From Candidatus Giovannonibacteria bacterium RIFOXYD1_FULL_48_21 (lineage in GTDB: Bacteria; Patescibacteriota; Minisyncoccia; JACPKW01; UBA11713): a DNA stretch of 64,000 nt. Below the pieces are notes generated by a model. It did not search any database. It saw only the letters and a program-made list of their open reading frames with translations, and was not told the origin of the DNA. The position numbers and the translations under genes are program-made. The stretch spans positions 50,111-114,110 of the forward strand of contig MFIU01000001.1 of the NCBI GenBank assembly GCA_001778985.1. Direction: 5' to 3'. Shown here piece by piece: positions 49,449 to 59,115 of the stretch (within the stretch, counting starts at the first letter, position 1; every line of letters starts with the position of its first letter).

Positions 49449-50600
49449 ATGCCAAACTTTTTCACAACCAGAAATCTGATAATCGCGGTGGCGGCGCTTT
49501 TGATTGTTGGCGGCGGACTCGTCTGGTATTTGACTTTGCCCAAGGGCGCTGACGAAGAAAGAAAAAGTGCGGCAGAATTTTTCTATGGGCTTTTTCCGGG
49601 AGGAGGCGAGAGAGAACTGACCGAAGCCCCGACGCCTGAAGGGGTCGGGGTCCCGACTCCCGACGCTCTGGGTCGGGACGTCGGGAGAGAAAGTTTTCAG
49701 ATGGTTCAAGAATCTGTTTCCGGCGCAATCGTGGTCAAGGATAAAGTCCGCTACATTGAAAAATCATCCGGGCACGTTTTTGAGATGGGTCTCGACGGCG
49801 GAAATAAACAAAGAATTTCCAACACCACCATTCCCGGAATTTTTGAGGTCATCTGGTCGGGGACCGGTAGCCGCGCGATTTTAAAATATCTTTCCGGAGA
49901 AAAACTGAACATTCTTTCCGCCAATTTTACGGGCTCTTCCACCCAAGGCACGTTTCTCTCGCCGGATATCAAAGACGCGCTTTTTTCTCTAAAAGGAGAC
50001 CGCATCGCTTATGTCATAGAAGCTCCAGACGAAACTCTGGTGATAACCGCGACCCCGGACAATAAAAACCAAACCGTCAGGCTCAGAAGCCCTTATTCTT
50101 CCTGGAAAATTTTATGGCCCGAAGACAATAACATCTACTTATTAACTTCGCCTTCGGCCTATCTGGACGGCTTTCTTTATAGAATAAATTTGGCTTCGGG
50201 CAGCTTTACAAAAATTCTGGGGCCAAAACCCGGACTTTTGGCTTCGTCAAATGGCACTGCCTGGTTTACTTCAGAAGCTGACCTAGACAATAAAACCGTT
50301 ATAAACTCTCTCGCCATTAAAACCTTTCCGGAAAAATGCGTCTGGTCTAAAAAATCTAAAGATATTATATTCTGCGGCGTCCCCTTGTCGTTTCCGGCCG
50401 GAATTTATCCCGACGACTGGTATAAAGGCAAAGTTTCTTTTGATGACGCGATTTTAAAAATTAATTTGAGCGGCTCGGCAAGCTCGGTTTTCACTCCGGA
50501 AAACGCTGAGGTAATCAATCCGGTTTTATCAGAAGACGAAACCCTCCTCTTTTTCATAAATAAGAAAGACGGAACTTTATGGCGCGTCAAGCTGGAATAA
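49449..50600 (+). CDS. Hypothetical membrane-anchored extracellular protein (383 aa)
   Basis: N-terminal TM anchor. Beta-rich repeats suggest a propeller-like fold. Confidence 0.5.
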   Translation: MPNFFTTRNLIIAVAALLIVGGGLVWYLTLPKGADEERKSAAEFFYGLFPGGGERELTEAPTPEGVGVPTPDALGRDVGRESFQMVQESVSGAIVVKDKVRYIEKSSGHVFEMGLDGGNKQRISNTTIPGIFEVIWSGTGSRAILKYLSGEKLNILSANFTGSSTQGTFLSPDIKDALFSLKGDRIAYVIEAPDETLVITATPDNKNQTVRLRSPYSSWKILWPEDNNIYLLTSPSAYLDGFLYRINLASGSFTKILGPKPGLLASSNGTAWFTSEADLDNKTVINSLAIKTFPEKCVWSKKSKDIIFCGVPLSFPAGIYPDDWYKGKVSFDDAILKINLSGSASSVFTPENAEVINPVLSEDETLLFFINKKDGTLWRVKLE

Positions 50601-51096
50601 AGGGTTTTATCACCACCCGGCGGTTCGGCGCCTCGCCGACGGATTGGGTAATGATGTCGGGGTATTCGGTGAGGACGGCGTGCACGATTCGGCGCTCGTA
50701 AGAGCTCATAGGCCTTAACTCGATTTCTTTTTTAAAATATCTCACCCGCTGGGCCGAGAGCCGGGCCAAATCTTTGAGCTCCTCGGCTTTCTGTTTTTGG
50801 TAATCATTTACGTCAATGGAAAAGGGCAGTCTGGTTTTGCCGATTTTAGTCTCCGCCATTCTTCTCAAAATATAATTCAGGGCGATAAGATTTTCTCCTC
50901 TCTCGCCGATTAACAGCCGGGCCTCCGGCGTCCGGATGGAGAATTGAATATTTTCCGTCGTTTCCAAAACGCTAACCTCGCCCCGCACGCCCATTTTTTC
51001 CAAGAGGGCTTCAGTCAATTCTTTTATCTTTTGTTCCTCCGGTTCCATAGCGAAGCCGGGCTCTCTGCCGCACCACGGCTTCATGTAAAGTAGCAA
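50587..51096 (-). CDS. jag: Jag/SpoIIIJ-associated protein (KH and R3H domains)
   Basis: R3H motif (YERRIVHAVLTEYPDIITQSVGEAPNRRVVIKP). Downstream of yidC. The true start may be the internal Met at 51048, which would reduce the overlap with yidC. Confidence 0.8.
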   Translation of the reverse strand: MLLYMKPWCGREPGFAMEPEEQKIKELTEALLEKMGVRGEVSVLETTENIQFSIRTPEARLLIGERGENLIALNYILRRMAETKIGKTRLPFSIDVNDYQKQKAEELKDLARLSAQRVRYFKKEIELRPMSSYERRIVHAVLTEYPDIITQSVGEAPNRRVVIKPFIPA

Positions 51097-51751
51097 AAAC
51101 GTTGGAAGCTGTCCAATAAAGAGGGAGGGCCGCCGGGAAACGAAACGAGATGAAAAAAATCAAAATTGGAAAAATGTAGAGCGATTGAATCGAGATGGCC
51201 CTAGAGAGCTCCTCCTTAAAATTCGCGCTGGTTTTGGGAATGAGGGGATTGGAAAGTTTTATCTGCAGAAATTGAGAAAGACCGGCGAGCGCGGCCAAAA
51301 TCCAGCTCTTGGAACTTAACTCGATTAACCCCAGAAATTTAGTCTGCAGCGCTTCTGGAGCCTGGATAAAGCTATAAAGCGGCACGGAATTTTCAAAAAT
51401 TCCGTGCCAGAAAACTTGGTAGAGCGCGATTAGAATCGGCAATTGAATAATCAGAAGGAAACAGCCGGAAAGGGGGTTGACGCCGTGGGCTTGGTACAGT
51501 TCCATCATTTTTCGTCCTTGCTCTTCGGTACTGGGATGTTGGGCCTTAATTTTGCTTATCTCGGGCTCGAGCTCCTTAAGTTTGAGCTGGGTCACGAGCG
51601 AGCGATGGGTCAGTGGGAAAATAATTATTCGCACCAAAAGCGTCAGCAAAATTATAGCCAAGCCGACATCGTGCCCCGGCACGAGCGCGGTAAGAAATAC
51701 TAAGGCGTTCGCCAGCGGGCGGTAAAGGATTTCGTTATACAACTGGATCAT
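51011..51751 (-). CDS. yidC: Membrane protein insertase YidC/Oxa1, short form
   Basis: 246 aa with five TM helices and a conserved core. Confidence 0.85.
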   Translation of the reverse strand: MIQLYNEILYRPLANALVFLTALVPGHDVGLAIILLTLLVRIIIFPLTHRSLVTQLKLKELEPEISKIKAQHPSTEEQGRKMMELYQAHGVNPLSGCFLLIIQLPILIALYQVFWHGIFENSVPLYSFIQAPEALQTKFLGLIELSSKSWILAALAGLSQFLQIKLSNPLIPKTSANFKEELSRAISIQSLYIFPILIFFISFRFPAALPLYWTASNVFATLHEAVVRQRARLRYGTGGTKDKRID

Positions 51752-51962
51752 AAAATTTCTTTTGGAAGGGGTGGCATCTCAAAATCCTGAAAAATCCGCG
51801 CTTCAGCCCGTAAAAAACTCCGTGGCGTAAAATTGCCTGGCGGGTATACTCGGAGCAGGTTGGTTCTAAAACGCAAAATTTTCTTCCGGAAGAAAAAATC
51901 CCTTGGTCCGGAGACAGAATGATTTGATAAATTCTGATGAGTTTAGAAAAAAATAATTTCAT
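51735..51962 (-). CDS. yidD: Membrane protein insertion efficiency factor YidD
   Basis: FCVLEPTCSEYTRQAILRHGVFYG, the hemolytic-domain signature. Confidence 0.8.
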   Translation of the reverse strand: MKLFFSKLIRIYQIILSPDQGIFSSGRKFCVLEPTCSEYTRQAILRHGVFYGLKRGFFRILRCHPFQKKFYDPVV

Positions 51963-52234
51963 TTTAATAACTTAAACCGGGACAACTCTCCCAAAATTTC
52001 TTTTTCCAACTCTTGAAAAGAAAGAGCGGCCGCGGGTTTTGAGAAAATAAAAAAAAGATCATACCCTGCTTTGATTTTATCAAGGTTTTTGCGGAAAATC
52101 TCTCGCGCCCGGCGCTTCAAGAGATTTCTCACGGTCGCTTTTTTACTCACCCGTCTGGATACAGTCAAGCCCGCCGTCATTTTTTCCGATTTATTCTTTT
52201 GGAACTTTAAATTAAAGTAGGAGTTCGGAAGCAT
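51959..52234 (-). CDS. rnpA: RNase P protein component
   Basis: Basic 91-aa protein (VRNLLKRRAREIFRKN). Located between rpmH and yidD. Confidence 0.8.
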   Translation of the reverse strand: MLPNSYFNLKFQKNKSEKMTAGLTVSRRVSKKATVRNLLKRRAREIFRKNLDKIKAGYDLFFIFSKPAAALSFQELEKEILGELSRFKLLK

Positions 52235-52368
52235 TATACCGTCAGCCGTTTCCGTTTCTTGCGCCGCCGCCGCACCAACACATTTCTTCCTCCGGGGGTT
52301 CGGCCTCTCTTCAAAAACCCGTGGCTTCTTTTTCTTTTTTTCTTTTTGGGTTGATAGGTAAAAGACAT
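52234..52368 (-). CDS. rpmH: 50S ribosomal protein L34. Not in the ORF track because it is under 60 aa.
   Basis: Minus-strand translation [44 protein letters not shown]. Its stop overlaps the rnpA start (TAATG). Confidence 0.85.
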   Translation of the reverse strand: MSFTYQPKKKKRKRSHGFLKRGRTPGGRNVLVRRRRKKRKRLTV

Positions 52369-52480
52369 TATCATTCAGTATCCGTCAATATTAACAAAAA
52401 ATCAAGAGTTTATTAACATTCTAATAACGTTGGGAGAAGATAGTAAATTTCTTCCATGAGTATAAGATACTCTTATCACC

Positions 52481-53848
52481 ATGACTAACGAGGAATTGTG
52501 GCAAGCCGCCCTGAATGAGCTGGAACTAGCCGTTTCCAAAGCCAACTTCATAACCTGGTTCCAGAATACTTCAATCGCGGCGCACCAGGACGGAGTGGTG
52601 GTTTTAAACGTACCAAACGCTTTCGCCAAAGAATGGCTGGAATATAAATACCATAAATTTATCGTAAAGGCGCTAAGAGGACTTTCGCCGGAGATTAGAA
52701 ATATTGAATACGTGATTTCTTCGGAACTGGCGCCGCTTTTGCAAAAACGCCGCCGCGAGAAGGGGATCGCGCCGCAAGAAGAGCAATTGGAATTTAAAGA
52801 ATTAATGGTGGACCGGGAAACTAATCTAAACCCCCGCTACACCTTTGATTCTTTTGTGGTGGGGCCTTTTAACGAACTCGCGCACGCGGCCGCGGCGGCG
52901 GTGAGCAAAAATTTAGGGCGGGCGTATAATCCTTTATTCGTATACGGCGGGGTTGGTCTGGGAAAAACCCATCTCTTGCAGGCCGTGGGCAACGCCGTCA
53001 AAAAAAATTCTCCGCGCCTGAAATTAATCTACACCACCTCGGAACGCTTCACCACCGAATTGGTGAATTTTATCCAAAACAATGAAACGCATATTTTTAA
53101 AGACAAATACCGCTCTTATGATTTACTGATAATTGACGACATCCAATTTATTTCCGGGAAGGTAAAGACCCAGGAAGAACTTTTTCATATCTTTAACTTG
53201 TTATACGAAACCGGAAAACAAATTATATTTTCTTCAGACAAGCCTCCGCACGCGATTCATGATTTGGAAGAGAGATTGAAAAGCAGATTTGAGGGAGGAA
53301 TGGTGGCGGATATCGGTCAGCCGGAGTATGAATCGAGGTTGGCAATTTTAAAATCAAAGTCTTTTGGAAAAGAAAATTATTTAAACCCAGAAGTCTTGGG
53401 TTTTATCGCTGCCAATGTCCAAAAAAATATAAGGGAGCTGGAGGGGGCGCTAAATTCAGTGGTCGCGAAATCCAAACTTTCCGGGAGAATTTTAAATATA
53501 CCGGAAGTTAAGGAAATTATAGATAAAAACACGCAACCAAAAAGAATCGTAACCGCAAACCAGATAATAAAATGCGTGGCTGAATTTTATGACATAAATG
53601 AGAAGATATTATTCGAAAAAACCAGGAAAAAAGAGGTGGTTAAGCCAAGACAGATAGCCATGTATTTATTAAGGGAGGATTTCAGCGGCTCTTATCCTTT
53701 TATTGGACAGCGTTTTGGGGGAAGAGACCACACCACCGCCATCCATTCCTATGAAAAGATTTTCAATGAGTTGAAAAAGAATGCACAACTTATTGAAGAA
53801 GTGAAGAGAATCCGTGAATTATATGATTACAATTATTTAAATAAATAA
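52481..53848 (+). CDS. dnaA: Chromosomal replication initiator DnaA
   Basis: AAA+ motifs GGVGLGKTHLLQA and LLIIDDIQF. C-terminal DNA-binding domain. Confidence 0.95.
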   Translation: MTNEELWQAALNELELAVSKANFITWFQNTSIAAHQDGVVVLNVPNAFAKEWLEYKYHKFIVKALRGLSPEIRNIEYVISSELAPLLQKRRREKGIAPQEEQLEFKELMVDRETNLNPRYTFDSFVVGPFNELAHAAAAAVSKNLGRAYNPLFVYGGVGLGKTHLLQAVGNAVKKNSPRLKLIYTTSERFTTELVNFIQNNETHIFKDKYRSYDLLIIDDIQFISGKVKTQEELFHIFNLLYETGKQIIFSSDKPPHAIHDLEERLKSRFEGGMVADIGQPEYESRLAILKSKSFGKENYLNPEVLGFIAANVQKNIRELEGALNSVVAKSKLSGRILNIPEVKEIIDKNTQPKRIVTANQIIKCVAEFYDINEKILFEKTRKKEVVKPRQIAMYLLREDFSGSYPFIGQRFGGRDHTTAIHSYEKIFNELKKNAQLIEEVKRIRELYDYNYLNK

Positions 53849-53981
53849 AATTAATAAAATTTCATCACGACCTTTCTTCAGTTTTTCAACAGGTAGTTCT
53901 ATATTAATAAATTGAAAAATAAATAAATTTAAACAATAAAATAATCTTTCCACATTATAAACAGATCTAAATAATATTAAT

Positions 53982-55079
53982 ATGAAATTAATATGTGATA
54001 AGAATGAATTTTATAAATTATTAACACTGGCGGAAAGAAATACCAGTAAAAATCCAACCCTCCCCGCACTTTCCGCCGTCTTACTTAAAACTTCTAAAAA
54101 TAGACTTATTATTATTAGTACAAATTTAGAAGTAGGTTTTGAGGGCACCATACCTTCCAAAATAGAAGAGGAGGGCGAGGTGACCCCGCCTATTAAAACC
54201 TTAATTTCCGTCATATTTTCGATTCCCGAGGGGGAAATAGCCCTGGAAAGCAAAAATCAAAACCTGAAAATAATCTCTAAAACCTCCACCACAAATTTAA
54301 AATGTTTTTCCACAGAAGATTTTCCCCTACTGCCAAAAATAAAAAAAGAAAATTATTTAAATATTCCCCAAGAAACCCTCACCCACGCGCTTAGAAATAC
54401 TCTCCCCGCCAGCGCCGCCACCTACACCAAGCCGGAATTAGCCAGTATTTATATTTTTTCCCAAAATAAAATTCCCCTGACTTTCGTGGCCACTGATTCT
54501 TTTCGTCTCGCGGAACAAAAAACTCAAATTACTTCTCCGGCCCTTTCCCTGCTTTTACCTCAAAAAAGCGGCCAGGAGGTAGTTAGGATTTTTGAAGAAA
54601 CCCAAGGCGACATTGAAATTATTTTCAATAAAAACCAAATTGTTTTTCAAAATAAAAACCTGTCCTTTATCTCGCGCCTGACAGAGGGTAAATTTCCCGA
54701 ATATCAAAATATCATTCCCCAGTCATTTTTAACCCAAGTAGTTGCCGATAAAAATAATCTTATAAATTCCATCCGCGCCGCCGGCATTTTTTCGAGCCGC
54801 CTCTCAGAGGTTTTAATTTCCGTAAATTCAACAGAGGGAATTTTAGAAGTAAAATCTTCCAATAGTGATACCGGGGAATATCTCTCCTCCACGCCCGCCA
54901 AAATCTCCGGTCAGAGCTTAGAGATTAACTTCAACTATCACTATTTTCTGGAAGCCCTGCAAGCCATCTCCAATCAGAAAGTTTTTCTGGGTTTTAACGG
55001 CCCCCAGAAAGCGGTTTTAGTCAGGGGGTTTGAGGAGAGCTCCTATTTGCATCTAGTCATGCCCCTGAAGGGAGTTTAG
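53982..55079 (+). CDS. dnaN: DNA polymerase III beta sliding clamp
   Basis: 365-aa three-domain clamp in the canonical position after dnaA. Confidence 0.9.
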   Translation: MKLICDKNEFYKLLTLAERNTSKNPTLPALSAVLLKTSKNRLIIISTNLEVGFEGTIPSKIEEEGEVTPPIKTLISVIFSIPEGEIALESKNQNLKIISKTSTTNLKCFSTEDFPLLPKIKKENYLNIPQETLTHALRNTLPASAATYTKPELASIYIFSQNKIPLTFVATDSFRLAEQKTQITSPALSLLLPQKSGQEVVRIFEETQGDIEIIFNKNQIVFQNKNLSFISRLTEGKFPEYQNIIPQSFLTQVVADKNNLINSIRAAGIFSSRLSEVLISVNSTEGILEVKSSNSDTGEYLSSTPAKISGQSLEINFNYHYFLEALQAISNQKVFLGFNGPQKAVLVRGFEESSYLHLVMPLKGV

Positions 55080-55194
55080 ATGGCTTTTCAAAAAATAAGT
55101 AAATTTTTAAAACCCTTAAGCTCTCAAAGAAAGATTTCCAGAGTGATTCCGGACTCGGTTTTGAGAAGCGAACTTTTCATTAAAAAAAGAAGTC

Positions 55195-57690
55195 CTAAAA
55201 ATCTTCAGAAGAAAGGGTAATTATTTTTTCCACGGCGGTTTTATTTCTGACTCTATCATAGACGTTAGCTACAAAATTAATTTCTTCGCCCGGGAGACCC
55301 TCTATGGTTGTCGAAAATTCATAAGGAGGAAATTTAGCCGAACCTAAAAATTCCGGACCGGCAAACAAATCCACCTGTTCGATGCCGAATTTACCTTCGG
55401 CCGCTACGGAAATTTTTATTTTTTTTCCGGGAACGGCCCTTTCCGGAGTTAATATTATCTCGGCGCGGGGAAGATACTCCGGAAGATGGAGGTCGTCTTT
55501 TTCTTTAGGAATGACGCCTTCGTCTTCCTCCCGAATGCCCTGTGACATAACCCAGGCGCGAATCTGGTTCTCCCAATTTTTAAACTGAGGGTCGTCTTTT
55601 CTATCCAGCCAATATAAAATCGAGTGTATTTCTTTTATAACTTTTTCTTCAATTAGTTCCTCGGGAGTAAAATCCGTGGCTAATTTTTTTGAGATTTTGT
55701 CGATTTGGTAGACCCGGCCGCCCCGCCACTCGCCCTCCAACACCGGTTTCGAAACCTCGGGAATTTTTGGGGGCTGAAACTCTTCTCGGGGCAGTTCTTT
55801 GAAAATTTCGGCGAGGGCCGCGTTCCAAAGGGGCGCGGCGATAAAACCAGCAACTTTTTTCTCCATCGCGGTATTGTCGCTGTTTCCCGCCCAGACACCC
55901 AGGGCGATATTCGGCGTATAGCCCACCACCCACGCGTCGCGGTAATCGTTGGTGGTTCCTGTTTTCACGGCCACGGGCCGCTCAGGAAAATAAAGAAAAG
56001 AGCTTTCGCCAAAGGCCGGAGCGCGAGCCTTGTTGTCCGAGAGAACATCTGAAATCATTAACGCGATATTAGGCTCGAGCACCTCGGTCTTTTTTTCTTG
56101 AAACTCTTCCAAAATTCTTCCTTGACCGTCCTCCACCTTAAGAATCGGAGTGGCCGGGGCAAATTTGCCTTCGTTAGCGAAAACACCGTAGGCATTAACC
56201 ATCTCCAGAAGTTTGACCTCGCCGCCTCCCAGAACCAAGGATAGGCCGTAGCGCGCCGGGTCGGTCAGGGTGGTTATTCCCATTTCTCTTGCGAGTTTTA
56301 AAGAATCCGCTAGCCCGGCTAAGTAGAGGACTTTTACCGAAGGAACGTTTATAGATTGGGCCAAGGCCTCCCGCAGAGTAACGGGGCCTCTGAATTTCTC
56401 ATCGTAATTCTGGGGGTGATAACATTTTTCCTGATCAAAATCAGTCGGCGCGCTCCCGTCCGGATGGCAGAGAGGATTAAATTCCGTGGGCAGGTCGAAG
56501 AGCGCTGTTTCTGGAATGTAGCCCTTTTGGAAAGCCGTGGCGTAGACAAAGGGCTTAAAGGCGGAACCGGGCTGGCGGGCGCGAATGGGGATATTGACCT
56601 GCGGGTCGAATTGGCAATTCACTCCAGGAGCGCAGCCTTCCGGCCGCGGCTCCGCAAGATAATCGCGAGAACCCACCAAGACTAAAATTTCGCCACTTTC
56701 GGGGTCGAGCGCCACCAACCCGGCATTAAAAGCGTTGAATTTTTTCTCATTATCGGCCGCGAAGTTTCGAACCAGCTCCTCGATTTTCTCCTGCCAAGCC
56801 CAATTCAGCGTGGTGGTAACTTTTAGGCCGCCTCTTTCCACCACGTCCTCTCCGTATTTTTCAACCAAATACTCCTTAACGTAGAGGGAGAAATGCGGAG
56901 CTTTGATGCTGCCGACCCCGCGGCCCAAAAATTGCACTTTCTCTTCCAGGGCCGCGTCGTGCTCGGCTGGGGTGATGAACTCGGCCCCAAGCAGCCGGTC
57001 CAGCACCAGGTTTTTTCTGGTTTCCAATTCTTCCCGTCTTGAACCGTAAGGAGAATAGCGGGTCGGCGCTTGAGGAAGGGAAGCGAGGTAGGCCGCCTCG
57101 GCCAGGGTTAATTCCTGGGCGTGTTTTCCGAAATAAGTTTGGCTCGCCGCTTCTACCCCGTAGGCGTTGGCGCCGTAAGGAATTTCGTTCAAGTAAAAAT
57201 TTAAAATTTCATCCTTTGAAAAATTCATCTCTACCTTGAGCGCCAAAACCCACTCTTTTATTTTTCTGGAAATTGTTTTTTCCGAAGTCAAAAAAGTATT
57301 TTTAACCAACTGCTGAGTGATTGTGCTCCCGCCCTGCCGAAATTCTCCGGAGAAAATATTCACCACCACGGCGCGAAGCATTCCCAATGGGCTGATTCCA
57401 AAATGTCGGTAGAAGCCCTGGTCCTCCATCACCACCGTGGCGTTTTTCATATGGCGAGGTATTTTATCAAAAGAAATAACTGTCCGCTTTACCTCGCCGT
57501 GAACATCGTAGAGAATCACTTCTCCGGTGCGGTCGTAAATCTTGGTGGATTGGATTATTTTTCGCTCTTCCAGAGAATCAAAATCAGGAACCGTGGTGGT
57601 GGCGAAAACCCAAACCCCGGACAAAAACAAAATAAGGGCCGCTCCCAGCCTCCAGAGATAAAATTTTTTACGCTTCAGAATTCCTCTCAT
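55195..57690 (-). CDS. Class A penicillin-binding protein (bifunctional glycosyltransferase/transpeptidase, PBP1A-like)
   Basis: GT51 motifs (EDQGFYRHFGISP, GGSTITQQLVKN). Transpeptidase SxxK. N-terminal TM anchor. Confidence 0.9.
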   Translation of the reverse strand: MRGILKRKKFYLWRLGAALILFLSGVWVFATTTVPDFDSLEERKIIQSTKIYDRTGEVILYDVHGEVKRTVISFDKIPRHMKNATVVMEDQGFYRHFGISPLGMLRAVVVNIFSGEFRQGGSTITQQLVKNTFLTSEKTISRKIKEWVLALKVEMNFSKDEILNFYLNEIPYGANAYGVEAASQTYFGKHAQELTLAEAAYLASLPQAPTRYSPYGSRREELETRKNLVLDRLLGAEFITPAEHDAALEEKVQFLGRGVGSIKAPHFSLYVKEYLVEKYGEDVVERGGLKVTTTLNWAWQEKIEELVRNFAADNEKKFNAFNAGLVALDPESGEILVLVGSRDYLAEPRPEGCAPGVNCQFDPQVNIPIRARQPGSAFKPFVYATAFQKGYIPETALFDLPTEFNPLCHPDGSAPTDFDQEKCYHPQNYDEKFRGPVTLREALAQSINVPSVKVLYLAGLADSLKLAREMGITTLTDPARYGLSLVLGGGEVKLLEMVNAYGVFANEGKFAPATPILKVEDGQGRILEEFQEKKTEVLEPNIALMISDVLSDNKARAPAFGESSFLYFPERPVAVKTGTTNDYRDAWVVGYTPNIALGVWAGNSDNTAMEKKVAGFIAAPLWNAALAEIFKELPREEFQPPKIPEVSKPVLEGEWRGGRVYQIDKISKKLATDFTPEELIEEKVIKEIHSILYWLDRKDDPQFKNWENQIRAWVMSQGIREEDEGVIPKEKDDLHLPEYLPRAEIILTPERAVPGKKIKISVAAEGKFGIEQVDLFAGPEFLGSAKFPPYEFSTTIEGLPGEEINFVANVYDRVRNKTAVEKIITLSSEDF

Positions 57691-57709
57691 TTGTTATAGT
57701 ATTATAGGC

Positions 57710-58882
57710 ATGGCGAAAGTTTTAAGCAAAGAAATTAAAGAGCTCTTGGAGCGAAATACGTCCACCATCATCAAGCGCGAAAGCTTGGAGAGAAAACTCC
57801 GTTCCGGGAAAAAACTTCGCGTGAAGTACGGAATTGACCCGACGGGCGAAAAAATTCATATTGGGCGCGCGGTCGTCTTGCGAAAGCTAAGGGCTTTTCA
57901 GGAGCTCGGGCACAAAGCAGTTCTGATTGTCGGCGACTTTACGGCCCAGATCGGCGACCCTTCGGACAAACTTGAAAAGCGGCCATTTTTAAGCGAGGCC
58001 CAGATAAAGAAAAATCTTAAAAATTATTTGCCGCAGATTGGAAAGATAATTGACCTAAAAAAGGCCGAACTCCATTACAACAGCCGCTGGCTTTCCAAAT
58101 TAAATTTCCGCGAAATCTCGAAGCTGGCGGAGCGTTTCACCATCCAGCAGATGCTCGGGCGCAGAAATTTCAAAGAGCGCTTTCAGAAACAGCAAGAGAT
58201 AAGCTTGAGGGAGATTTTATACCCCCTGATGCAGGGTTATGATTCCGTGGCTATTCGGGCCGAGGTGGAACTGGGCGGCACTGACCAGCTTTTCAATCTG
58301 CTGGCGGGCCGGACGATTCAGGAATTTTATAAACAAAAACCTCAAGATATTTTGGCCACCGAGATGCTGGAAGGAACGGACGGCAGAAAAATGTCGACTT
58401 CTTGGGGGAATGTCATTAATATTTCGGACGCGCCAAGCGATATGTTCGGGAAAGTGATGGCGCTGCGGGACGAACTTATCAAAAAATATTTTTTTCTGGC
58501 AACCGAACTTTCCGAAAAAGAAATCCTTCAGGTTCTAAAGTCACCGCCCCTCGAATCTAAGGAAGGGCTGACTTTTGAGCTTGTAAAGCTTTACCACGGC
58601 GAGAAAAAGGCGAAGGAAGCTAGGGAATTTTTCAACAAAACATTCCGCCAGAAAAAACTTCCCCAGAGAGTCCCAATCTATAAATTTTCGCCGGGGCTTA
58701 GCCTTAAGGCGGTTTTAAAAAATTCCGGCTTGGTTAGTTCGAATTCAGAGTTTCGCAGGCTTTTATACTCCGGCGCAATCGAAATTGACCAAAAAGTTGT
58801 TGACGACCCGAATTTTAAACCAGGCTCCGAGGTGGTCGTCCGGATTGGCAAGAAAAAGTTTCTGAAAATTTCTCCTAAATAA
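57710..58882 (+). CDS. tyrS: Tyrosyl-tRNA synthetase
   Basis: KIHIGRA (HIGH-like), KMSTS, and a C-terminal S4-like domain. Confidence 0.9.
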   Translation: MAKVLSKEIKELLERNTSTIIKRESLERKLRSGKKLRVKYGIDPTGEKIHIGRAVVLRKLRAFQELGHKAVLIVGDFTAQIGDPSDKLEKRPFLSEAQIKKNLKNYLPQIGKIIDLKKAELHYNSRWLSKLNFREISKLAERFTIQQMLGRRNFKERFQKQQEISLREILYPLMQGYDSVAIRAEVELGGTDQLFNLLAGRTIQEFYKQKPQDILATEMLEGTDGRKMSTSWGNVINISDAPSDMFGKVMALRDELIKKYFFLATELSEKEILQVLKSPPLESKEGLTFELVKLYHGEKKAKEAREFFNKTFRQKKLPQRVPIYKFSPGLSLKAVLKNSGLVSSNSEFRRLLYSGAIEIDQKVVDDPNFKPGSEVVVRIGKKKFLKISPK

Positions 58883-58884
58883 AA

Positions 58885-58916
58885 CCCCGCCCGGCAAAAG
58901 CCGGGCGGGGTTTTAT
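58885..58916. terminator. Bidirectional rho-independent terminator
   Basis: Stem ccccgcccggc / gccgggcgggg with an aaaa loop. TTTTATT on the plus side and A-rich on the other side. Confidence 0.8.
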
Positions 58917-59047
58917 TCTCCTTCTTCCTCTTCAGCCTCAATGTCTTCCAATGGTTCTTCCGGCAGTCCCTCCCCGGTATTCTTATCGTCGTCTCCATCC
59001 TCGTCATCGTAAGAATCATTGAAGACGTCAACGTTCTTCTTTTTCAT
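58913..59047 (-). CDS. Possible small acidic protein (44 aa), not in the ORF track
   Basis: Minus-strand ATG..TAA ORF reading MKKKNVDVFNDSYDDEDGDDDKNTGEGLPEEPLEDIEAEEEEGE. No family assigned. Confidence 0.3.
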   Translation of the reverse strand: MKKKNVDVFNDSYDDEDGDDDKNTGEGLPEEPLEDIEAEEEEGE

Positions 59048-59115
59048 GCGAAGTGGCTTATGAAATTTAGTCCGACCTTTTTAGTCTTTATAGTCTTCTT
59101 TGAAAATAACGGGTC

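Noticed and set aside
52321-52360. T/C-rich low-complexity tract (ttctttttctttttttctttttggg) as a repeat element
   Set aside because: It is the antisense of the Lys/Arg-rich N-terminus of rpmH (L34) on the minus strand, so it is coding.
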